Made by a program: the position numbers and the translations under genes. A stretch of 64,000 nt of DNA from a virus, in IMG/VR virus record IMGVR_UViG_3300012943_000029, positions 66,176 through 130,175 of that record. One strand, 5' to 3'. Below the pieces are notes generated by a model. It had not been told where the DNA came from, searched no databases, and saw only the letters and a program-made list of their open reading frames with translations. The stretch's first letter is position 1. Every line of letters starts with the position of its first letter. Positions 9,329-17,833 of this stretch are shown in pieces.

Positions 9329-9846
9329 GGCTGCCCGTGCCTCTCACAAGCTGCTGCCAACCAGCCGCTAACGTTCACAATCTGGCCTGGCCGACCACAC
9401 ACCTCACATATAGAAGCTGACTGGGTCTGCGCGGCTGAGATGAGCTGATTGATCTTGTTTTTGGCGGCGATGTGCTCAGGCGCTACAGTGATCTGCGTGA
9501 CAAGTTCATCCTGCACAACGGCGTGAGTGTAGACGCTTCCATAGAAGCGCAGCCAACCGAGCTTCTGCTTGACCTGTTCAACGCGCACGTTGAGGGTCGG
9601 GTTTGCGGCCATCACCATTGTGATGTCACTGCAGAGGCTATGAACAAGGGCAGCCCAGCCTGGTTGGATTGAGACACCGCAGCGCACGCTTGAGAGAAGG
9701 ACTGGATAATCCTTGACTAGATATTCCTTTGTGAAAGCGTTGGAAAGTTCCCAGCGCCTACTGTCAGTGCGGCTGACATAGTCCTCTTCAACAGCCTTAA
9801 CATACTCGTCGAGCCTTTCACTCCAAGCTGTGGTGATGCCGCTCAT
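9325..9846 (-). CDS. hypothetical phage protein (GW...QVKQKLGWLRFY...CEVCG)
   Basis: Resembles the widespread phage QxKEKFGxLRFY family with C-terminal CxxC. Confidence 0.65.
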   Translation of the reverse strand: MSGITTAWSERLDEYVKAVEEDYVSRTDSRRWELSNAFTKEYLVKDYPVLLSSVRCGVSIQPGWAALVHSLCSDITMVMAANPTLNVRVEQVKQKLGWLRFYGSVYTHAVVQDELVTQITVAPEHIAAKNKINQLISAAQTQSASICEVCGRPGQIVNVSGWLAAACERHGQP

Positions 9847-10502
9847 GTTGCGGCCATCTCGGCCTCAGCAATGCGGACCATGTGGCGCACTACGGCGGCT
9901 GCCTCAAGGGTTTGGCGTGCATCTTGCAGCGCGTTGTGATCGCCGCGATCTTCAAAGCCAACGCGCTTGAAGAGAAGGTCTGACTTGTACAGGCCGAATG
10001 CGATGAAGCCCATAGGCGAGGTGTCAAGGATAACGTGGTGCAGGCGGATCCAGCTTTCAAACTTTGGTGGGTCTGCACGCTCCTTACCAAACTCGATCTC
10101 GATAGTGCTGAGCAACTGCGCTGTGAAGTTGATGTCGAACTCGGCGTTGTGGCCGAGGAACATGACTGGCGTATCTGGACCCCAGTACTTGAGGATCAGC
10201 TCGGCGAGCTGCGTCGCTGCTTCTTCCTGTGAGACACCGTTTGCCTCGAGGTACTCACGGGTCTTGCCATGGATCTTCTCAGCACCCATGTCCCATTGAT
10301 ATTTTTCAGCGTTGAACTTGATCTCAACGTAGAGCTCGGCAACTGGCTCAAATGTGGTGGCATCGAACACGATAGCACCAAACGTAAGTCCTTGGTACTT
10401 CGCAATGCTCTGCGAAACACGACCCCAATCGGCACCAGACGTTTCCCAGTCAAGGCAGAGACCGAATTTTTGGGCTGGTTGTTTTGTTGTTTTTAGAGCC
10501 AT
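9843..10502 (-). CDS. DEDDh 3'-5' exonuclease (DnaQ/RNase T-like)
   Basis: LDWETSG, GHNAEFD, HNALQDA. Confidence 0.85.
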   Translation of the reverse strand: MALKTTKQPAQKFGLCLDWETSGADWGRVSQSIAKYQGLTFGAIVFDATTFEPVAELYVEIKFNAEKYQWDMGAEKIHGKTREYLEANGVSQEEAATQLAELILKYWGPDTPVMFLGHNAEFDINFTAQLLSTIEIEFGKERADPPKFESWIRLHHVILDTSPMGFIAFGLYKSDLLFKRVGFEDRGDHNALQDARQTLEAAAVVRHMVRIAEAEMAAT

Positions 10503-11074
10503 CTTGTTTCTACCTTCTCAAGGACGAGAGTGATCTCGAATGCGCGATCGCGTGGGGTGATGCCACGAATGGCATAGAACGGAAGTTCGTTTTGGATGAT
10601 GAAGTTCTTGATCGAGATTTCTACTGGCGCGCGCGAGGCAAGATCGGCGCGGTTTGGTTCCTCAACGAACGGAATTTGCTGCATCATCGGCACGAATACA
10701 AACTCAGCGTAGCGCTCGCTGAGCCTAAGGCACTCGCCTTTATACTGCAGCGCGCGGAGGTCTGTGTTCACGTCAATGTCGAGGCGCTCACACCACATCT
10801 TGGTGTACGCCCACATGTCAGCAGGTGTTCTCTCAACCAGCGTGGGTGCGGCGATGGCAGCATCACGCGCGTCCATTGCGGCGAGGATGGCATCTTGCAG
10901 CGCCCACATGTTGTCAGTGTTTTCTTGGGCGCGTGCAAGCGTGTCCCAACCTAGCGCCTTCTGCGCCGCCCTTGACAGCTGCGCTCGGCTTACGCTGTGC
11001 CCCGCATTTTCTGCACCATGGATGATGGTGCTCTTGCCGGTACCATGAGTACCGGTCAAACCAACGATAAGCAT
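10493..11074 (-). CDS. P-loop nucleotide kinase (AAA_28/NadR-like)
   Basis: Walker A GTHGTGKST; ERTPAD. Confidence 0.75.
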   Translation of the reverse strand: MLIVGLTGTHGTGKSTIIHGAENAGHSVSRAQLSRAAQKALGWDTLARAQENTDNMWALQDAILAAMDARDAAIAAPTLVERTPADMWAYTKMWCERLDIDVNTDLRALQYKGECLRLSERYAEFVFVPMMQQIPFVEEPNRADLASRAPVEISIKNFIIQNELPFYAIRGITPRDRAFEITLVLEKVETRWL

Positions 11075-11083
11075 AACCTTCCC

Positions 11084-11626
11084 TTATGAAGCTAGACGAC
11101 TGCTCCTTAGCAGCTCAATGAGCGCGTAGTACCTATCATCAGGGAAGAACACGATCTTCGGATCAAACCCACTCTCATTCTCACATGTGAATGAGTAGAT
11201 CTTCTTGTCATCAAAACGCGCAGCCATCTCCTTCGTCAGATCGACGTCGAGGGTGGCGTTGAAAATAAAATCTGGAATGACAGCGCCAACGCAGGTCCTG
11301 AGACCATCAAGCGCGCCTTCGCTCTCATGAAACTTTGCCCATGGCAGGTCTGTAGCAGAGATGATGTTCTGCGCGTGTGAGATACCATCATTGTCGCCAC
11401 CGTTCAGGATGATGAACGTCTTGTGATTGTCGGCCCAATCAACAACAACCGCAGCGCGACGCAGCTCTTCCACTGATGGGTCTTCTTCACCATCAAGCGC
11501 GTACTTGCGCACAAGGTCGACGGCAGCATGGCCAGTCTGAATTCCCTGCTGGATAGATGAAAGATAGAAGTTGACGAAGCAGTAGAACCGCAGCTCGATA
11601 GTGTCATTCATTGGGTTGGGTCTCAC
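11084..11626 (-). CDS. phage peptidyl-tRNA hydrolase type 2-like protein
   Basis: YCFVN..LSSIQQGIQTGHA and W...KTFIILNGG pattern of PTH2-like phage proteins. Confidence 0.55.
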   Translation of the reverse strand: MRPNPMNDTIELRFYCFVNFYLSSIQQGIQTGHAAVDLVRKYALDGEEDPSVEELRRAAVVVDWADNHKTFIILNGGDNDGISHAQNIISATDLPWAKFHESEGALDGLRTCVGAVIPDFIFNATLDVDLTKEMAARFDDKKIYSFTCENESGFDPKIVFFPDDRYYALIELLRSSRLAS

Positions 11627-11644
11627 GAGGCGTAAACCTGTTCT

Positions 11645-11673
11645 ATTTTACACTTCAGGTTATCTCAAGTACA
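11645..11673 (-). promoter_or_regulatory. promoter TGTACT-N17-TAAAAT
   Basis: Same class as the promoters at 33.0, 53.2, 57.8 and 63.0 kb. Confidence 0.6.
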
Positions 11674-13005
11674 TTAGGTCCGACCAATCAGCATGAAGCG
11701 GTTGTACTGCGGAAACTGTCGGGTTCCTTCGTACAGGCTCTTCGACAGGTTCAGCTGCTTCTTGAGCTGGTAAACTGAACCAACGCAGGACACATGTCCT
11801 TCACCACCCACGAAGTCGTTGTTCTGAGCGATCACGATCTTCCCTTCTGGTATTCCCTCCCTCCACTTTGAGATGTCAGGGATATGCTCTGACGAGGTGT
11901 TGATGATAATGTCGAACTTCGAATAGTTGATGTCGTACATGTCCATCGTCATGGTCGTGAAGTCATAGTCGTAGTTCAGCTTCTCGGCGATGCGGTTGCA
12001 TCGAGCATCGAGGTCGACGCTGGTGATCTTAAGCTTCAGCTCCCATGTGTTCATCATGAGCGCGAGCGTACCGATCCAGCCACCTAGAACCGCAACGCTG
12101 GCTCCTTCCCTAATCTCGCCAGCCTTGAGAAGCTTGTCAAGTTCCTCAATCAGCCATAGCTTGCTGAGCAGCTGGCCGTCGGATAGGGCATCCCTCAGCT
12201 CGTGCATTGGTAGCTTCTCAAGAACATATTCATCGTAGAGCGCTGATGCCACTCTAGTGGTAAAGAACAGCTCGTGCTTCATTGGGTTGTCTTCCTTCGG
12301 ACGAGGGGATGTCTCATCGTCATACTGTGGATTGCGAGCGGCGAAGCCAGCCAGCATCAGGTCGTGGTCATTGATGAAGAGAAGGTCGTCCTTCGTGCGG
12401 CGCTTGGCCTCAGCCACACCGTCTTCTGCGCCCTCGATGATGTGCTCTCTGAACTCACACTCGACTGGGTTCAGCCAAGCATTGAGACGTTCCTGAGCCT
12501 CCGCCCTTATGAACTCATCAGCATGGGTCGTGGCCGTTGTGTGCAGCTTCACTGCCTCACGGTATGCGCCGCGATACGAACGAAATTGGTCTGAGTTGAA
12601 GCGCGTGACACACGACACCTGAGGAATGATCTTCACGTCCTTCGTCAGGGTTGTCGAGAAGTCTAGCTGTGACTGCACGTTCTTGAAGAAGTGTCTGTCA
12701 AACAGCTTTACACCGCCATACCCGTATTCCTGCCCAGTCGCCGGATTGATGGCGTACCAAATGTGAACGTACCCACCATTATACGGGTCTGGCTTGTAAC
12801 TGAAATCGAACGTATCGAGGATCTCAGCATCACCATCAACGACATAGAAGAAGCGGGTATGTGAACGAGTAGATGCCTCGATGTGGGCGTTCGCGATGCC
12901 CTTCACCCCGTGAACACGCTTCGCGTGTGGGAAGCGAGCCTTCAATCTTCGCCAGTTGTAGTCGGCGTTCGGCTCGTCGTATGATATGAAGATGATGTCC
13001 AGCAT
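11674..13005 (-). CDS. fusion: GT-A glycosyltransferase-like domain + class I SAM-dependent methyltransferase
   Basis: N-half FISYDE...VVDGD...GYGGVKL is paralogous to 23041-24009; C-half has VAVLGGWIG, SVDLD, IINTSSEH. Confidence 0.75.
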   Translation of the reverse strand: MLDIIFISYDEPNADYNWRRLKARFPHAKRVHGVKGIANAHIEASTRSHTRFFYVVDGDAEILDTFDFSYKPDPYNGGYVHIWYAINPATGQEYGYGGVKLFDRHFFKNVQSQLDFSTTLTKDVKIIPQVSCVTRFNSDQFRSYRGAYREAVKLHTTATTHADEFIRAEAQERLNAWLNPVECEFREHIIEGAEDGVAEAKRRTKDDLLFINDHDLMLAGFAARNPQYDDETSPRPKEDNPMKHELFFTTRVASALYDEYVLEKLPMHELRDALSDGQLLSKLWLIEELDKLLKAGEIREGASVAVLGGWIGTLALMMNTWELKLKITSVDLDARCNRIAEKLNYDYDFTTMTMDMYDINYSKFDIIINTSSEHIPDISKWREGIPEGKIVIAQNNDFVGGEGHVSCVGSVYQLKKQLNLSKSLYEGTRQFPQYNRFMLIGRT

Positions 13006-13010
13006 GCGGG

Positions 13011-13016
13011 TATTTA
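13011..13016 (-). promoter_or_regulatory. late promoter TAAATA, 5 nt from the ATG
   Basis: GCGG-TAAATA-CCCGC-ATG; no SD, so possibly leaderless. Confidence 0.5.
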
Positions 13017-13295
13017 CCGCCGCTTGAACCCGAAAACCCTCTCAAGAAAAGGACGATGATAGCTAAAGCGCAGCTTGTAGATTAAGCCGGCTGGCCCGCC
13101 CATAGGTTGCACGCCGACGATCATCTGTGCAATGGTTCCAGGCATTATCTTCCTGATCATCGGAATGATGCTCTTAAACGAGTTCGCCATGACGGGACGC
13201 GGCATGGCAACCTCAGTGGCGATGACCACCTTCGGCATAAGCGGAACAGCCGCAAGAGCTGCGGCCATCCCAAAGAATGCGCGTCGACTTACCAT
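13014..13295 (-). CDS. Tat-signal-bearing mini-protein containing a gp23 major-capsid (Gol-region) fragment
   Basis: SRRAFF plus hydrophobic stretch; IIPMIRKIMPGTIAQMIVGVQPMGGPAGLIYKLRFSY matches the gp23 signature. Confidence 0.7.
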   Translation of the reverse strand: MVSRRAFFGMAAALAAVPLMPKVVIATEVAMPRPVMANSFKSIIPMIRKIMPGTIAQMIVGVQPMGGPAGLIYKLRFSYHRPFLERVFGFKRR

Positions 13296-14515
13296 CAGTC
13301 CTTCTCTTTAGCGAGGAACGTGTTGCTGATCGCCTTGAAGCTGAACTTGCCGTCAGACCGCTTGAACACGAGACCCTCACGGACGGCGTGGTGCAGGCTT
13401 GGGCCTTCAGCGAACTTCAGCAGGTCGTCGACTGTGTGGAGGTTCAGCGCCTGCAGCGTGGTGTACTGGTGCAGAACCGGCACATGGTCAACAAGATCTG
13501 CGCTCACGCCGAGGCTCTTCAACTGTTCAATGAGCGAGTAGCGGGCGCCAGTGCTGAAGTACTCTCCAGTGTCGAGGTGCTGCGCGTCGAAGATGAAGAG
13601 CTTGTGCGCCTTCAGATTTTCGCGGTTACCCTGAATGCCAGGACCCATGAGCTCACCTTGAATGGCAATGTTGCCAAATTCCGTGATGGCGCGACCAAGG
13701 CCGCTCTCAATGAAGATCTTCACGAATGAGTTGCCGCTGTTCTCGTCATTGATCTTGAGCTGAAGGTTGCGGCTGCAAACGCCAACGGCGCCGTTGTTGT
13801 GGAAGAACGTCGCGCTGCTGCCGTCTAGCTTCATGGTGATCTCGTATGCAGCATCAGGATCTGCCTGCGCTGGGTGAACGCTGTACACCTTGCCATCGAC
13901 CACCTTCAGACGGCCGGATGCCAGACCTTCAGCTGGTGCGTTCTCAACTGCCAGCCACTCAAGTTCCTTGAGCACCTCTTCATAGCCAAAGATCTGGCCT
14001 CTGATGTTCTGACAGCGCTCTTGATCGGTCTTCTTGATGAAGCTTGGGAAGTAGCCCTCAGCCTGGCCAGCAAGCTCAGCTGACATAGGAGCTTCATACT
14101 TCTTGATGCCAAGAAGTTCTGTTAGGTCGGTGCCCTCAGTGAAAAACTCGCTGAGCTCCTGTCCCTCATCTTCCCTGCTGCCGACAAAATTGTCAACGAA
14201 CATCTTGATTGGAAGCGCGAGGCCCTGGCTGATCTGTCCGCGCAGCTTGATGGTGCGAAGCTTGTGGCCCTTTACTCCCTCAAACTCACGCACACCGCTC
14301 TTCATGAGGAAGGCGTAGCGTGGATCGCTTTCAGGCAGAAAGCTATCGATCTCAAAGTAGGCGCAAAGATCGCCGACCTTGAACTCTCCCTTCTTCACGA
14401 CGAGCTTCCAACCATCGGCGTGGTCAATGGCAGCTACCTCGATCAGGTCAGCGCCTTCGATTGGGTTTAGCGTCGCGATGCGGCGGACGCTTACCATCTT
14501 TCTTTCAATTTCCAT
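13295..14515 (-). CDS. RNA ligase, DRB0094/Rnl5 family (N-terminal OB domain + ligase)
   Basis: PIEGAD...YFEIDS...LRGQISQGL; motif I KLDGSS; QGEL; EGLVFK; FKAISN. Confidence 0.9.
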   Translation of the reverse strand: MEIERKMVSVRRIATLNPIEGADLIEVAAIDHADGWKLVVKKGEFKVGDLCAYFEIDSFLPESDPRYAFLMKSGVREFEGVKGHKLRTIKLRGQISQGLALPIKMFVDNFVGSREDEGQELSEFFTEGTDLTELLGIKKYEAPMSAELAGQAEGYFPSFIKKTDQERCQNIRGQIFGYEEVLKELEWLAVENAPAEGLASGRLKVVDGKVYSVHPAQADPDAAYEITMKLDGSSATFFHNNGAVGVCSRNLQLKINDENSGNSFVKIFIESGLGRAITEFGNIAIQGELMGPGIQGNRENLKAHKLFIFDAQHLDTGEYFSTGARYSLIEQLKSLGVSADLVDHVPVLHQYTTLQALNLHTVDDLLKFAEGPSLHHAVREGLVFKRSDGKFSFKAISNTFLAKEKD

Positions 14516-14762
14516 CTGTCTTCTCCACGAGCTCATGGCTCGGTATGTCTCGCGGGCTATGTGGCTTCAGCCCCTCTTGCGCGCGGTAAAGTTGTTCAAT
14601 CTTGCCGTTCACCTGTGAAAACTTCAAGGCAGCGGTCTTCCACTCTTCATACAGCTCGGTATCAATCCACATCGACATCGGAACACCATGTGAATAATCC
14701 TTCGTTATCGGAAGGAAATGCCAGAACTGCTCAATGTCAATGCCTATCAGTGTCTTGCTCAT
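14505..14762 (-). CDS. hypothetical protein
   Basis: ORF in operon. Confidence 0.6.
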   Translation of the reverse strand: MSKTLIGIDIEQFWHFLPITKDYSHGVPMSMWIDTELYEEWKTAALKFSQVNGKIEQLYRAQEGLKPHSPRDIPSHELVEKTDGN

Positions 14763-14956
14763 CTGCGCACCCTCATTGTCTCGAGCAGCTTCTCCATGTT
14801 TGCTGGGTCTTCAAAGTACTTCTGGAGCCAGTACTTGATGTACCCGTCGTTGCCGCCAATGACGAGGTCCTCCACATTCCCTTCAGGCTTCCATGAGGCA
14901 TCAATGAAGTCTCGCACCTCGTCTGCCGATATTGGATACTGCACGATGTTTCTCAT
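14759..14956 (-). CDS. hypothetical protein
   Basis: ORF coupled to both neighbours. Confidence 0.6.
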   Translation of the reverse strand: MRNIVQYPISADEVRDFIDASWKPEGNVEDLVIGGNDGYIKYWLQKYFEDPANMEKLLETMRVRR

Positions 14957-15306
14957 CAGCCTCTCCTCATCTTAGCTATTGCCACCGCGTCCTCTTGCTT
15001 GAACACAGGCACGTAGTTACTCTTGTGCATCAGAGCCACACCAATTAGGTTTTCACCGGTGTAGCGCGGCGCATCAACTTTTGCTGTCGCGCAGGCCATT
15101 GTCTGCAGCGACGGTATTTTTACACCATCCTCAAACCTTGGGCTGAGGTTTGGTCCCGTATAGCGACCAAATGGTCGCTGTTGTGAAGTACGACGTGGTC
15201 CAAATGCGGCAACATGTGCGCGCCGCAACGCCTCGTACTTCTCAATCGCGCTCTTCTTCAGCTCTTCACGCCGTCTTTGCGACGCCATCACTGCTTTCCT
15301 GACCAT
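14956..15306 (-). CDS. conserved hypothetical protein of T4-like phages
   Basis: C-terminal YTG..LIG.A.MHKSN.VPVF...A..MRR motif. Confidence 0.7.
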   Translation of the reverse strand: MVRKAVMASQRRREELKKSAIEKYEALRRAHVAAFGPRRTSQQRPFGRYTGPNLSPRFEDGVKIPSLQTMACATAKVDAPRYTGENLIGVALMHKSNYVPVFKQEDAVAIAKMRRG

Positions 15307-15586
15307 TCTTTAGAACCTTCTTGTGCGTTCGATGATCATATAGCTCGTCCGTCCAGAAAATGGAGACCGCGTAGTCGGCCATCTCTATCGTGTATTCACG
15401 CCGCGCAAGTTCTTCTCGAGTGATTGTCCTGAAAGAACCATACCGAACACCATTCGTTCCCATCCTGGTCTGCCACACGAAGATGACGTCCTTCTCCCAT
15501 GGGCAGCGTAGCGCCTGGCGCTTGAACGTTTCCTCAAGCGCCTCTTCCCTTGAGCGCTTGTAGATCGTGTAGATCGTCTCGCTCAA
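15266..15586 (-). CDS. hypothetical protein (TTG start, SETIYTIYK...)
   Basis: GGAGG RBS, TTGA overlap with the upstream stop. Confidence 0.6.
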   Translation of the reverse strand: MSETIYTIYKRSREEALEETFKRQALRCPWEKDVIFVWQTRMGTNGVRYGSFRTITREELARREYTIEMADYAVSIFWTDELYDHRTHKKVLKNGQESSDGVAKTA

Positions 15587-15897
15587 GCTGCCTCCACCTG
15601 CGGCATGTTGCCAGGATGATACCACTCGACAAGCTTCAGCTTGCTCAACCCTGACGGTGAGACCTTGACAACTTCGAGCTGTCCATTGACAACCATCAGT
15701 GCATAGCCCATCTCTCCTTGAGCGGTCATCCAAGCCATGAGGTCGCGATACTTCGCATGGCGCTTACGCCGTTCCCTCTCTGCTCTGGCGGTTGCTGCCA
15801 GCTGCTTCTCAGCGAGGTCCCATAGCCCATCAAGCGGAACGCCGCAGCGGTGCTCGATGCCCATTCGCATTACGCGCTCAATGATTGGCGAGCTCAT
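15583..15897 (-). CDS. hypothetical protein
   Basis: ORF, ATGA overlap. Confidence 0.6.
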   Translation of the reverse strand: MSSPIIERVMRMGIEHRCGVPLDGLWDLAEKQLAATARAERERRKRHAKYRDLMAWMTAQGEMGYALMVVNGQLEVVKVSPSGLSKLKLVEWYHPGNMPQVEAA

Positions 15898-17120
15898 TCA
15901 GCCTCCGCAACCGTTGGTACGAGGTTGATCACTCGAAGCGTGTACTGCTGCTTCAGGATGTGCTTCTCGAAGTGCTCAATGTAGTTTGGCTCCTTGCCTG
16001 AAAACTTGTTCATGAGCAGGCCAAACAGAGCACCAGCCTTCTCGCGGTGCTTCATGACGAAGTCCTTGCGTTCCAGCTTGAAGTCCTCAGCTGGAGCGAT
16101 GGCGTTCAACGCCAGCTCGATGCCGCGAATGTCATTCAACACGCGCTGCTCAATCTCAAGGAGCTCCTTGATATCTACGCCGTCGCCAACCATAAGCGCC
16201 TTAAGGTCGTCCAGCTCCTGAGCAACAACCATCACGGCGATGTCTCGCTCCCGCAGGAACGTCATCGCCTTGTGACGGCGCAGGTACCACTCAGTCTTGA
16301 CCTTGACCATCTCTCCGTCTTCGAACTGAATTACCCAGCCCTCAACGTTCTCGCGGGTCTTGGCCGCCTCGAGCATTGCCGAGACAAGAAACTTGCGCTC
16401 AGATGGCTGCGTCATTTCATGGTACCAGAACTCATCAACCTCATTGACAAGGTTGATGCCATACCTGTCAGCCAGTCCAACCATCTCATGCGTGGACCAG
16501 TACCTGCCGCTCTCGTTCTCACGGACGGCGAGCAGATAAAACTCGTGCTTTGGGTAGTGCAGCACGATGCGCGCGTCAGGCGACGTGAACTCGAAGATGG
16601 CCGTGCAGTCAAGCTTGGCGATCTCGCGACAGAAGCACTGGAAATCGTAGAACGAGTTGTCGCTCACGCTGCCGATCTTGCCCCAGGCAAGCTTGACGAC
16701 GTCGCTCTCGAATGACTTCTTGGACTTCAGCATGAAGCCGCGCAGGTTTCCACCACCATTCGGGTTGGCAACCTCATGACCGCACCGAACGGTGTGGATC
16801 ATCGAGCCGTCTCGCTTCTCCATCACGCGTACTACCTTGTCCCAAGGCAGCGCGTTCACCTGCGTTTCAGGGCGCTCGTTCATGTTGAAGAACTTGTGGA
16901 ACGGTCGACCAGCAACTCGCGTACCACGGAACACGATGCCGCGGCACTCGCGCGACCATGCGTCATCGAACGTGTCGGCGCCTGCAACCATGTAGCAGAA
17001 CACGTTAAAGCGATCGGTGCTACCAACTGCCATGTTCGCGTTCGAGACCTCAGCATCCCTGATCTCCTCCTTGTGGGAGATCTTTGCACGTAGCTCGTCG
17101 ATGTGCTTGATGGTCAACAT
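15894..17120 (-). CDS. rnlA: RNA ligase 1 (T4 Rnl1/RnlA-like)
   Basis: ECRGIVF, RPFHKFFN, motif I EKRDGS, FEF, EGWV, KVKTEWY. Confidence 0.9.
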   Translation of the reverse strand: MLTIKHIDELRAKISHKEEIRDAEVSNANMAVGSTDRFNVFCYMVAGADTFDDAWSRECRGIVFRGTRVAGRPFHKFFNMNERPETQVNALPWDKVVRVMEKRDGSMIHTVRCGHEVANPNGGGNLRGFMLKSKKSFESDVVKLAWGKIGSVSDNSFYDFQCFCREIAKLDCTAIFEFTSPDARIVLHYPKHEFYLLAVRENESGRYWSTHEMVGLADRYGINLVNEVDEFWYHEMTQPSERKFLVSAMLEAAKTRENVEGWVIQFEDGEMVKVKTEWYLRRHKAMTFLRERDIAVMVVAQELDDLKALMVGDGVDIKELLEIEQRVLNDIRGIELALNAIAPAEDFKLERKDFVMKHREKAGALFGLLMNKFSGKEPNYIEHFEKHILKQQYTLRVINLVPTVAEAE

Positions 17121-17440
17121 TACATGGCCCTCTGCTTGAAGATGACGTCGGCTGAAATAAGACAACACAGCACCGCAAGCTGATCGTAGTACTCGAGCGT
17201 GAACTCGGTGATCTTCTCAGCCTGCTCCTTGGTCGCCATGAACCGAACAGGGATCATGCGTTCCTCAAGGAGCACGCCATTCGGGTCAACCCACTGTCCC
17301 TTTGACGGAGCGAAGATGGTCAGACCGCTGCTGATCTCGCGAACCTTCTGGTCCCACACGCGGTGGAACCTCGTCCTGAACGGCTTGCCGCTCCGACTTA
17401 CGGTTGGAACCAGAATTTCCCACAACTTCTGTGTGCTCAT
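17120..17440 (-). CDS. hypothetical protein (WEILVPT...GQW...ERMIPVR)
   Basis: ORF, TAATG coupling to rnlA. Confidence 0.7.
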   Translation of the reverse strand: MSTQKLWEILVPTVSRSGKPFRTRFHRVWDQKVREISSGLTIFAPSKGQWVDPNGVLLEERMIPVRFMATKEQAEKITEFTLEYYDQLAVLCCLISADVIFKQRAM

Positions 17441-17474
17441 GATCAATTCTATCATGAACCTGAGCCAGACAAAA

Positions 17475-17807
17475 CTAGTTGCCGAGGTGCTCGATGAACC
17501 CCTGCATCTTACGCTCGATGTTTCGCGCGCCGACTGGGTTCTGGCTGTGGACGGTGTAATTCTTTGGGAAGGCGATCTGCCACTTTTGGATCCCAATCTC
17601 AATCAGGTCGAGTGACAGGTCGATGAGGTGATTGATGTACTTCATCGAGGTGTCGTCACCACCCAGATCGTGGTCGAAGCTGATGAAGTCGGGAACCCCA
17701 TGCTCTTCGAAGATCTTGATGGCCTCATCAGAGGATCGAGCAATGCGCCACTGTCTCCCATCACGAGGTGGAAGACGCTCGTCATCGATGAACAGGTTGT
17801 AGCCCAT
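17475..17807 (-). CDS. cyclic-phosphate-processing receiver (cREC) domain protein
   Basis: LFIDDER, ISFDHDLG, VHSQNPVG motifs; adjacent to RNA ligases. Confidence 0.8.
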   Translation of the reverse strand: MGYNLFIDDERLPPRDGRQWRIARSSDEAIKIFEEHGVPDFISFDHDLGGDDTSMKYINHLIDLSLDLIEIGIQKWQIAFPKNYTVHSQNPVGARNIERKMQGFIEHLGN

Positions 17808-17833
17808 TGGTGAATTATACACCAACCGCAATC

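Noticed and set aside
11645-11650. Late TAAATA box in an AACCTG/CAGGTT hairpin
   Set aside because: The sequence is TAAAAT and pairs with TGTACT 17 bp upstream, so it belongs to the sigma70-type class and was left out of the late-promoter count.
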